From an uncultured delta proteobacterium (GTDB lineage Bacteria > Myxococcota_A > Polyangia > Polyangiales > Polyangiaceae): a DNA stretch of 64,000 nucleotides. The notes beneath the pieces are model-generated. The model was not told the DNA's origin. It ran no database searches and saw nothing but the letters and a program-made list of their open reading frames with translations. Shown in pieces: positions 32,864 to 41,153 of this stretch. Position numbers and translations under genes: made by a program. The number at the start of each line of letters is the position of its first letter. Positions within the stretch are counted from its first letter, which is position 1. The stretch lies in assembly GCA_963850305.1 (NCBI GenBank), contig CAWKKR010000008.1, forward strand, positions 832,001-896,000, given 5' to 3'.

Positions 32864-34097
32864 CTACGCCGCATGAGGTTTGATCTCCGACTTCGCAGCC
32901 GAGGTCGGTCAAGCGGCGGACGAGGCGTTTGATGGTCTTGCTCTGGTCGCGGCGGTCGAAGTGATGGGGTCCGAGGTCGCGGTAGGGAGTGCCGTCGCGG
33001 AGCATGTAGAAGGCGGCGGTGAGCATCGATGCGGCGACGGCCAAGATCGCCTTCTTTGCTCCACGGCGGGACTTGAGCCGGAGAAACTGGGCTCGAAGGT
33101 AGCTTTCCTTCGTGCGCACCGCGGCCCAGGCGGATGTGACGAGCGTCGTCTTGAGCCAGTTGGCGCTCTTGCGGACGCGCGTCGAGCGACGCTTGCCGGC
33201 GCTCTCGTCGTTGCGGGGGCAGAGGCCGGCCCAGGACACGAGGTGTCCCGCAGACGGGAAGCGCGACATGTCGACGCCGATCTCCGCCACGATCACGTTC
33301 GCGACGATGTCACTCACTCCCGGCATCGTCGTCAGGATCTCGGCGTGCGCCCGGATCGGCTCCAGCGCTTTTCCCGCAGCTGCATCGATCTCGGCCAGGG
33401 CCCCTTCGAGCGAGCCGATGACGCCGAGATGCAGCTTCAGCATGGCTCGGTGATGAGGGGTAACCCGCCCGCGCAGCGCTTCGATCAAGTCGGCCCTCTT
33501 CTTGCGCGCGGTACCGACCGCGAGATCGGCAAGGCGCTCGGGGTCATCTTCTCCGGCGATGAGAGCGGCGAGCATCGCCCGGCCGCTGGTCCCGAGCACG
33601 CTGGACAGGACGCTCGCGACCTTGATGTTCGAGTCCTCGAGCGTTTTCTGTATGCGCAGCGTGTGCTGGGCGATTTCTCGCACGAGCTGCGCGCGCGTTC
33701 GAGTGAGATCGCGCAGCTCCTGGATTCGCGCAGGAGGCACGAAACTGCTGCGGATCAGCCCGTGCGCGAGCAGATCGGCGATCCACGTCGCGTCGTTCAC
33801 GTCGGTCTTGCGCCCTGGCACGTTGCGAATGTGCTGGGCGTTCGCGAGCACGAGTTCGAAGCTCCCTTCGAGCATGTGCCAGACCGGCTTCCAGTACACG
33901 CCGGTGGCCTCCATCGCCACGTGGGTCACGCCGTGCTCCTCGAGCCATTCCGCCAGCTCGAAGAGGCTACGTGTGGTCGTGCCGAACGTTCGGACCTCGC
34001 GCCGCGTTGGTTCGCTGACGCAGCGCACGCAGGCAACGACGCTATCCTTGTGGACGTCGAGGCCCGCGCAACGGGGATACATGACTTCCATGACCAT
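32864..34097 (-). CDS. IS110 transposase (bridge recombinase)
   Basis: GLDVHK, AMEATG.YW, KTD..DA, MPGV and ESAGK; AGGAGG RBS. A +1 indel near 32889 hides the likely native end EIKPHAA* at 32864; as sequenced the ORF ends at 32787. Confidence 0.93.
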
Positions 34098-34109
34098 CTC
34101 CTCCTTTCG

Positions 34110-34263
34110 GCGCGTCGAGAGGAGCCCTCGTCATCGAAGTCTACTAGGCGTGCTCCCGGATCTTTCGACCCGCGGTCACAATTCGGGGTGCTCGCAGGGC
34201 TCCGGGTCCATCTACTGAACGGGTTCTTGGCACCAAGTCACGGCCGACCTCCTTCCCGACGCC
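34110..34263 (-). ncRNA. Putative IS110 bridge RNA
   Basis: Closing stem 34249-34262 paired with 34112-34124, GAAA hairpin, and a -10-like TATCCT at 34274-34269. Internal TCAGTAG (target match) and CCTAGTAG (donor match). Confidence 0.72.
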
Positions 34264-34451
34264 GCGGCAGGATACACTCGACTCCACCGTCCACGCGACG
34301 ACCCGAGCTTCATGCTTCGGGGAAGGCGCTCTCGCCGATGGGCATCTACTACTGACGCGGAACTGCTCCTCGCATCGGCGCGAGCGCGGGTGGCCTGAAT
34401 CTAAACCGGACCTTTACGAGCGTCCGGTCCGGATGCCATCGTTGGCGCGCT

Positions 34452-35358
34452 TTGTTCAAGAAGATCCTGCTCGGTATGGGCGCGCTGCTCTCGTTGCTCG
34501 TCGCGGGGGGCGGCGTATTCGTCTACGCCGAGACCTCGGCGTTCGATGCGAGCATGAGTCACGTCTACGACGTGCCGGTGCCGTCGATCTCCGCACTCGG
34601 TCGATCCCGCCGTGCTGGCCCGCGGCCAGCACCTGGTACGCGCCACCGCGGGTTGCGCGGACCACGACTGTCACGGTCCGGACCTCGGCGGCGGCCAGAG
34701 GCTCGACATGGGTCCCATCGGCACGCTCAGCGGGCCCAACATTTCGGAAGGAGGACTCGGCGCGGCCTACACCGACGGCGAGCTCGCGCGCCTCATCCGT
34801 CATGGCATCAAGAAAGACGGCACGTCGCTTCGCTTCATGCCCGCCGAGGAGTTCGACTGGCTACCGGACTCCGACATCCTGGCCGTCGTTTCGTACCTCC
34901 GCTCGGTGCCGCCGGCAGATCATCCCAACGGAACGATCCACCTCGGTGTTCTCGGAAAGGTGCTGGACCGTCTCGACAAGCTTCCGCTGGACGTCGCCCG
35001 GCGCATCGCGGCCGGGCCTCCCGAACTCGCGCCGCCTCCGACGCCCACCGCCGAGTACGGCAAGTTTCTCGCGCGCCTGTGCTCGGGCTGCCACGGCGAG
35101 GGCCTGAGCGGCGGGAAGATCCCGGGCGCGCCGTCGACCATGCCGATTCCGTTGAACCTCACTCCGGATCCGACGGGGCTCGCGGGCTGGACCTATCAGG
35201 ACTTCGATCGCCTACTCACCACCGGCATCCGGAAAAACGGCAAGCAGCTCAACCCATTCATGCCCATCGAGGCCTTCGGCAAGCTCGACGACATCGAGAA
35301 ACACGCCCTCTTCGCTTACCTCCAGACCCTCCCGCCACGGCGGTTCGGGGGCCGCTGA
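34452..35358 (+). CDS. Diheme c-type cytochrome, frameshifted near 34590
   Basis: N-terminal TM anchor in frame 34452. Frame 34612 carries CADHDCH, GPNIS, RHGIK, FMP, CSGCH, NLTP and PFMP. Confidence 0.8.
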
Positions 35359-35365
35359 GACGCGA

Positions 35366-35680
35366 ATGAAAGACCCTCGCGACGCCTCGCGACGCGAACT
35401 GCTCCGGTCGACGCTGCTCGGGCTCGGCACGATCGCGGGCCTCGCTGCTTGCAAGAAGCCTCGCGCCGTCGTGTGCGTGAACGGCGGGCTCACCCCGGCG
35501 GACCTCGCAGCGCGCCACAAGCTTGCATACACCGACACGTCGAGCGACCCGATCAAGACCTGCACCACGTGCCAGCAGTTCGTTCCACCAGCGTCGGACG
35601 ATCGATGCGGCCGTTGTAAGGTCCTGAAGGGCGAGATCCACCCGCTCGGGTATTGCAAAGGGTACACGCCGAGGGCGTGA
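35366..35680 (+). CDS. High-potential iron-sulfur protein (HiPIP), Tat lipoprotein
   Basis: SRRELL Tat motif, LAAC lipobox, Y..CTTCQQF..CGRC..IHPLGYC..Y. Confidence 0.85.
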   Translation: MKDPRDASRRELLRSTLLGLGTIAGLAACKKPRAVVCVNGGLTPADLAARHKLAYTDTSSDPIKTCTTCQQFVPPASDDRCGRCKVLKGEIHPLGYCKGYTPRA

Positions 35681-35754
35681 GGGTGCGTGCTAGCATGCGC
35701 GCGTTTTGAGCGGCGGGTCCCGTCGCGCGCAGCAAAGAGAGTCGCGAGGAGAAC

Positions 35755-36171
35755 ATGAGCCTACTCACGGAATTCAAAGAGTTTGCCATGAAGGGCAATG
35801 TCGTCGATCTCGCCGTGGGCGTGATCATCGGCGCGGCCTTCGGAAAGATCGTCTCGTCCCTGGTGGGGGACATCATCATGCCGGTCATCGGCATCGTCGT
35901 GGGAGGCGTCAACTTCAACAGCCTGGCCATCACGCTGAAGGAGGCGAAAGATGGGGCTCCAGCGGACATCCTGCACTACGGCGCGTTCCTTCAGAACTGC
36001 TTCGACTTTCTGATCGTCGCTTCGTCCGTCTTCATCATGGTCAAGGCGTTGAACAGCATGAAACGAAAGCACGACGCGCCGGCGTCTGTCCCAGCCAAAC
36101 CCGCCCCAACGCCCAGCGAAGAGCTTCTGGGCGAGATCCGCGATCTTCTCAAGGCCGCTCCGCACGCCTGA
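35755..36171 (+). CDS. mscL: Large-conductance mechanosensitive channel
   Basis: [42 protein letters not shown]. Confidence 0.98.
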   Translation: MSLLTEFKEFAMKGNVVDLAVGVIIGAAFGKIVSSLVGDIIMPVIGIVVGGVNFNSLAITLKEAKDGAPADILHYGAFLQNCFDFLIVASSVFIMVKALNSMKRKHDAPASVPAKPAPTPSEELLGEIRDLLKAAPHA

Positions 36172-36257
36172 ACGGCGAGTCGTACCCGCCCTCGCGCGGC
36201 AGCCCGGCGCTTTCGTGTTGCTGGTTGGGTCGCCTTGCGCTACCGAACTCTTGGACA

Positions 36258-36313
36258 GGCGGTGGAGTCCGCCTCGAAACGCCGCCGGCAGTCCGGCGAC
36301 CAATGACTCCTAC
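36258..36313 (+). promoter_or_regulatory. Fluoride (crcB) riboswitch
   Basis: GGCGGTGGAGTCCGCC..AAACGCC..AATGACTCCTAC fits the aptamer, including GGAGTC/GACTCC pseudoknot pairing; 60 bp upstream of crcB. Confidence 0.88.
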
Positions 36314-36373
36314 GGCTGAACGGACGCCGTAGGACCCCCCGAGGAGTTCCCGGCGCTGCAAGGAGAGCACGGG

Positions 36374-36757
36374 ATGGATCGTTTTTTGTGGATCTGCTTG
36401 GGCGGTGGCCTGGGAACAGGCACCCGGTACCTCGTTGGGCTGTGGGCGGGACGGACGCTCGGAACCGCATTTCCTTACGGCACGTTGATGGTCAACGTCG
36501 CGGGATGCTTCTTGATCGCCGCCATCATGCAAGCGTCGATGACGACCGAGTTCGTGCCCCCGACGCTGCGGCTGACGCTGACCACGGGGTTCATGGGCGG
36601 CCTGACCACCTATTCGAGCTTCAACTACGAGACCACGCGCTTCCTGCAGGAACGCGCGTGGGGAACCGGTTTGCTCAATTACGCCGTGACGACCGCCGCG
36701 TGCTTCGCGGCCGGGCTGCTCGGGCTGGCACTGGCTCGCCGACTCCTCGGCGGGTGA
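36374..36757 (+). CDS. crcB: Fluoride channel CrcB/Fluc
   Basis: GG.LG...RY, FPYGTL.VN..G and GFMGGLTTYSSF. Confidence 0.97.
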   Translation: MDRFLWICLGGGLGTGTRYLVGLWAGRTLGTAFPYGTLMVNVAGCFLIAAIMQASMTTEFVPPTLRLTLTTGFMGGLTTYSSFNYETTRFLQERAWGTGLLNYAVTTAACFAAGLLGLALARRLLGG

Positions 36758-36775
36758 CGGAAGATAGGAGACATC

Positions 36776-37129
36776 ATGCGAGTTCTCGATGGTGAACGCA
36801 CGCTCGTGCGCATCTTCATAGGCGACGCGGACAAGTGGCACCACTCGCCGCTCGATCGCGCCCTCCTCGAACGGCTCCGGCGCGAAGGCTTCGCCGGAGC
36901 CACCGTTATCCACGGCGTCGCGGGATTCGGTGCACGAAGCATCGTTCATACGGCGCACCTCATCGATCTTTCGGGAGATCTTCCCGTCCTGATCGAAGTC
37001 GTGGAAGACGATGAGCACATCCAGAAGCTGATGCCGATCCTCGACGAAATGCTGCCCGGAGGCGCGCTCGTCACGATGGAGAAAGTCCGGGTGCTCAGGT
37101 ACGGACCGACCGTCGAATCGCCCAGCTGA
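36776..37129 (+). CDS. DUF190 (PII-like) protein
   Basis: RIFIG..D.W, AGATV..G..GFG and DLPVLIEVVE; usual neighbour of crcB. Confidence 0.9.
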   Translation: MRVLDGERTLVRIFIGDADKWHHSPLDRALLERLRREGFAGATVIHGVAGFGARSIVHTAHLIDLSGDLPVLIEVVEDDEHIQKLMPILDEMLPGGALVTMEKVRVLRYGPTVESPS

Positions 37130-37240
37130 CGTGAGCGCGCCGGGCGCACGGCGATTGCCGACGGCGTTCCCGGCACCGTGCTACACGTCGGCCAAGTTCG
37201 CGGCCCTCCGAAGGCCTGCACACAAAGCGAGGGAAGTCCC

Positions 37241-38077
37241 ATGCTCAGCGCGAAAGACCTGGTCATCGAAGGCGTTCGCTGCGCCGTTCACGATACCGAC
37301 CCGAACGGGAACCCCGAAGCCGTCGTGTTCGTCCACGGCAATCCCGGGCCCATGGACGACTGGGACGTCCTCGCGCCCGCAGTCGCCAAATTCGCCCGCG
37401 TCGTCGCCATGGATCTGCCCGGCTACGGCCGCGCCGATCATCCGCGAAAGTTCGACTTCACCGTCTCCGGTTACGCGCGCTACCTCGGCGCGATCCTCGA
37501 GCGACAGGGCGTTCGCCGCGCGCACCTCGTGCTCCACGACTTCGGCGGCGCGTTCGGCCTCGCGTGGGCCATCGAGCACCCCGACGCATTCGCGAGCGTC
37601 ACGCTCATCAACACCGGCATCCTCGAAGGCTACAGGTGGCACAAGTTCGCGCGCGTCTGGCAGACCCCCGTTCTCGGCGAGCTCTTTCAGATGGTTGGCA
37701 ATCGCAAGCTCTTCAAGCTCGCGCTCGATCGCGACAACCCGAAACCCATGCCCGACGAATTCGTCGATCGCGTCCTCGAGTACGCCGATTGGAATCACAA
37801 GCTCGCCGTGCTCGCTCTCTACCGCGCCTCGCGCAACCCCGATGCCGCCTTCGGTGCCTTCGCGGCGCGCGCCCGCGGTCTCGATCGCCCCGCGTGCGTC
37901 ATCTGGGGCGCCGAAGACCCGTACCTCCCCGTGGAGTTCGCCAAGAAACAGAAGTCCGTGTTCCCCCAGGCGGAGATCCACATACTCCCCGGCCTCGGCC
38001 ACTGGCCGTTCATCGACGACCCCGAACTGGTTTCAGGGTTGGTCGTTGCATATTTGAAACGGCAGATCCACGCCTAG
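37241..38077 (+). CDS. Alpha/beta hydrolase (epoxide hydrolase/haloalkane dehalogenase-like)
   Basis: HGNP, DLPGYG, nucleophile HDFGG, WG.EDP and GHW. Confidence 0.9.
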   Translation: MLSAKDLVIEGVRCAVHDTDPNGNPEAVVFVHGNPGPMDDWDVLAPAVAKFARVVAMDLPGYGRADHPRKFDFTVSGYARYLGAILERQGVRRAHLVLHDFGGAFGLAWAIEHPDAFASVTLINTGILEGYRWHKFARVWQTPVLGELFQMVGNRKLFKLALDRDNPKPMPDEFVDRVLEYADWNHKLAVLALYRASRNPDAAFGAFAARARGLDRPACVIWGAEDPYLPVEFAKKQKSVFPQAEIHILPGLGHWPFIDDPELVSGLVVAYLKRQIHA

Positions 38078-38112
38078 CGGCTCGTTGACGGCGCCGGAGG
38101 GGCGGAGGCGCC

Positions 38113-39393
38113 TCATGCCGCGTGATGCGCTTCTCGCCCGCCCGGCGAGTGCCTATCCCCGTCGGGGCCGAACGGACCGGCGCCGAGAGGCCCCTGCCGG
38201 AAGGTGTCCCGCGACGTTCTGGCACCCGGTTTCCATGCGAGCTCGAGCCAGCGAGCCACGTCACGGCGACGCAGCATTCCCACTAGCCTGCCGTTCGTGA
38301 CCACGGGCAACTGGTCGACGTTGCGTTGAGCGAGGCGCTCGAACGCCTTTGCCAGGGGCTCCTCCGGTGTCGCAACCGACAGCACGTCGACGGCGCGCAT
38401 GATCGAGCGAACTGGCGTGCGTTCCCATTGATCCGCAGGCACGCCCCGAACATCCTCGATGGCCACGAGGCCGAGCAGTCGCCCGTCCTCGACCACGGGG
38501 AGCGCGCGATCGTCTCCGGGGATCAGGTGCTCGTGGACGAGCAGGGCTACGGAGAGTTCCGGGGCCGCAATGGGACCGTCGCGATGCATGAGTTGCTCGA
38601 CCGTCATGCCGGCGAGCGCTTCATCCAGGGCGAGGCGCGTCGATGCCTGCGTGGCCGCACCGTGCAGGAACCAGCCAATGAAGGCGATCCAGATCCCGCC
38701 TACGAGCCCGGTGCCGAAGAACGGAATGCGCGTGCCAAAGGTCATCGCGATGCCGCACCCGATGAGAAACCAACCGACGCCCTGACCCGTCGCGGAAGCC
38801 CAGCGCGTCGCCTTGTGGAGATCTCCCGTGATGCTCCAGAGGATGGCCCGAAGAACGCGTCCCCCATCGAGTGGAAATCCCGGGACCATATTGAACAGCC
38901 CGATCAAGACGTTGATGGGGCCGAGCCAGACGAGCAGCGTGGTCAGCGGCCCGAGCTGGGCGAAGGCCTTCCAGTTGTCCTCGGGGACCATGATTGGAAC
39001 CGTCGTCACGAGAGACGCCAGGACCAGGAAGGCAATTCCCAGCGCGATGCTCGTGAGCGGCCCGACGATCGCCATGAGGAACTCGACTTTTGCCGACGGC
39101 GGTTCCTGCTCGATGTTCGAGACGCCTCCGAACAGAAATAGCGTGATGCTCCGGACTCGGATTCCGTAGTTCACCGCCACGGTGGAGTGCGCCAGCTCAT
39201 GGAGGAGCACGCAGCCGAAGAAGATGAGAGAAGCACTCGCGGCGACCACGAACGCCCCGAGCGGGGACCATTGCGGATGCCAGTGCGAGAAGACGGCCAC
39301 CAGGTTCCACGTGAGAAGTACGAAAATGAAGACCCAGCTCCAGTCGACCCGGACGTCGATCCCGAAAAGCCGTCCAAGACGAAAACCACGCAT
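38113..39393 (-). CDS. Site-2 protease (M50) with CBS pair
   Basis: HELAH, FNMVPGFPLDGGR and C-terminal CBS domains; start MRGFRLG. Confidence 0.93.
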   Translation of the reverse strand: MRGFRLGRLFGIDVRVDWSWVFIFVLLTWNLVAVFSHWHPQWSPLGAFVVAASASLIFFGCVLLHELAHSTVAVNYGIRVRSITLFLFGGVSNIEQEPPSAKVEFLMAIVGPLTSIALGIAFLVLASLVTTVPIMVPEDNWKAFAQLGPLTTLLVWLGPINVLIGLFNMVPGFPLDGGRVLRAILWSITGDLHKATRWASATGQGVGWFLIGCGIAMTFGTRIPFFGTGLVGGIWIAFIGWFLHGAATQASTRLALDEALAGMTVEQLMHRDGPIAAPELSVALLVHEHLIPGDDRALPVVEDGRLLGLVAIEDVRGVPADQWERTPVRSIMRAVDVLSVATPEEPLAKAFERLAQRNVDQLPVVTNGRLVGMLRRRDVARWLELAWKPGARTSRDTFRQGPLGAGPFGPDGDRHSPGGREAHHAA

Positions 39394-39459
39394 GATGATT
39401 GCCTCCGAAACGGGGAAAGTGAGTGCCGCGAAGCCGGGCGCCCCAAGCCCTCCAAACAG

Positions 39460-39475
39460 AGCAATTGCCGTACCG
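39460..39475 (-). promoter_or_regulatory. sigma-54 promoter; upstream palindromes at 39526-39538 and 39545-39557
   Basis: CGGTACGGCAATTGCT (GG-N10-GC). Confidence 0.65.
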
Positions 39476-39625
39476 CATTTGCTTCCGGCGAGCGCGCGAG
39501 AGTGCCGGGACTCTGGCAGGACATGCGCAAAGCGTGCGGCGCCGGGCAAGAGGTGCGCTGACATAGAGCGGGCTGGAACCTCGCCTGTCGGGCCGAGGAC
39601 GCACGGAGGGGCACCTGGCGCTCCC

Positions 39626-40390
39626 TCAGCGTGCGAATGGGAGCGAGACGAGGAACGTCGAGGCGCTCACGAGGACGATCAGGGGGCCCGCCGGGAGACT
39701 GCCGAGACGAGACAGGGCAATTCCGACCAACGACGACGAGGCGCCGATGGCCATCGAACCGAGGGCGTACTGTCTCAGATTCTTGCTGACGTTTCGGGCC
39801 GCGGAAGGCGGGATCGCCACGAGAGCCGCGGTGAGGAGCCCCCCCACCATCCGGACTCCCAGCGCGACGATGACCGAGATCGCGAAGAGGTAAAAAAAAT
39901 TATACCGCTTCACGTCGATGCTTTCCGACGCGGCGAGATCCTCCGAGACGTTGATCAGGACCAGCTTCGGGTAGGCCCGGTTCACCCAAAAGACGAGCCC
40001 GAGAGACGCGATCACCGCGCCCACGGTGTCCCCGACGCGAGCCTTGGAAATGTCGCCGACGAGAGCCGCCTCCGCTCGATCGAGAGGCAGAAACAAGAAT
40101 GCAATCGCCACCCCGGTGGCAAAGACGATCGCCGTCAGGGCCTCCATCGGCAGCTTCGTGCGCATCTCGAGGATCCAGATCAGCAGGACGCCGAGCACGA
40201 CGAAGGGGAAGGCGCCCAGGGAAACGTCGAAGCCGAACATCAGGGCGAGAGCAACACCCGGCAACGTCAAGTGTCCCAATGGGCCGGCCACGAGCGCCAT
40301 CCTCCGGCCGAGCATCAACGACCCGAGATACCCAGCGGCGCCCCCGATGAAGATCCCGGCGACGAGGCCGGGGAGGAGCGACTCATCCAT
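39626..40390 (-). CDS. Metal (Zn/Mn) ABC transporter permease
   Basis: RRMAL...LGH..LPGVAL, LVGDI and VGGLL..AL..IP..AAR. Confidence 0.9.
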   Translation of the reverse strand: MDESLLPGLVAGIFIGGAAGYLGSLMLGRRMALVAGPLGHLTLPGVALALMFGFDVSLGAFPFVVLGVLLIWILEMRTKLPMEALTAIVFATGVAIAFLFLPLDRAEAALVGDISKARVGDTVGAVIASLGLVFWVNRAYPKLVLINVSEDLAASESIDVKRYNFFYLFAISVIVALGVRMVGGLLTAALVAIPPSAARNVSKNLRQYALGSMAIGASSSLVGIALSRLGSLPAGPLIVLVSASTFLVSLPFAR

Positions 40391-41153
40391 GTGGGGGCCG
40401 CTCGTGCTGGTGCTGGTAGTACTTCACCTCGGTTCCGTAGATCTGCCGGAGACTCTCGGGCGTCAGCACGGTGATCGGCGAACCGTGGCAAAGTACCTCT
40501 CGGTTCAGGCACAGCACCGTCGACGACAGCTGATAGACCAGGGACAGATCGTGCGTGACGATGAGCATCGTCATGTTCCTCTCGCGATTCAGCCGGGTGA
40601 GCAGACCATAGACGGTCTCCTCGCCGCGAATGTCGACTCCCGTCGTCGGCTCGTCGAACAGCAGGACCCGAGGATCTCCGGAGAGAGCCCACGCAATCAG
40701 GATCCGCTGGAACTGCCCGGAGGACAGGTCGCCCATGCGATGGTTCGCCGTGCCCTCGTCCAGGCCCACGGCGCGCAGCATCTCGCCGACACGAACGCTG
40801 GCGTTCTGCTTCAGTGCGAAGAAGTCGACGACCCTCAGTGGAATGTCGCGGATGTACGGGAGGCGTTGCGGCACGTACCCGACGCGGAGCCCAGCCTCCC
40901 ACTCGATCGATCCGGCATGTGGAAGGACCCCGAGCAAAGCCCGTAGGAGCACCGTCTTACCCGCACCGTTGGGGCCGAGGATGGTGAGGATCTCCCCGCG
41001 CTTCACGGTGAACGACACGCGTTCGAGGACGGCCTGATTCTCGAGCGTCACGGAAAGGTCGGTGACGCGAAGGACCGCGCCGCCGCCGCCCGCCGTGGCT
41101 TCCGCGCTCGTCCCGGGAGTCGGTTGGAACGAGGATGATTCCGAGCTGGTCAT
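40383..41153 (-). CDS. Metal ABC transporter ATP-binding protein
   Basis: GPNGAGKT, GYVPQ, LSSGQFQR and DEPTTGVD; His-rich tail. Confidence 0.92.
   Translation of the reverse strand: MTSSESSSFQPTPGTSAEATAGGGGAVLRVTDLSVTLENQAVLERVSFTVKRGEILTILGPNGAGKTVLLRALLGVLPHAGSIEWEAGLRVGYVPQRLPYIRDIPLRVVDFFALKQNASVRVGEMLRAVGLDEGTANHRMGDLSSGQFQRILIAWALSGDPRVLLFDEPTTGVDIRGEETVYGLLTRLNRERNMTMLIVTHDLSLVYQLSSTVLCLNREVLCHGSPITVLTPESLRQIYGTEVKYYQHQHERPPHG

Larger units (their letters stand above)
32851..34351 (-). mobile_element. IS110-family insertion sequence, about 1.5 kb
   Basis: DEDD transposase, long non-coding 5' end and very short 3' end. No terminal inverted repeats seen. CTACTA at both boundaries (32851-32856, 34346-34351); one end is confirmed by the copy at 1-48. 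Confidence 0.92.

Noticed and set aside
32851..34351. CTACTA as a classical 6-bp target-site duplication
   Set aside because: IS110 elements recombine through a shared core. The copy at 1-48 has CTACTG, so the repeat reflects donor/target similarity rather than a duplication.
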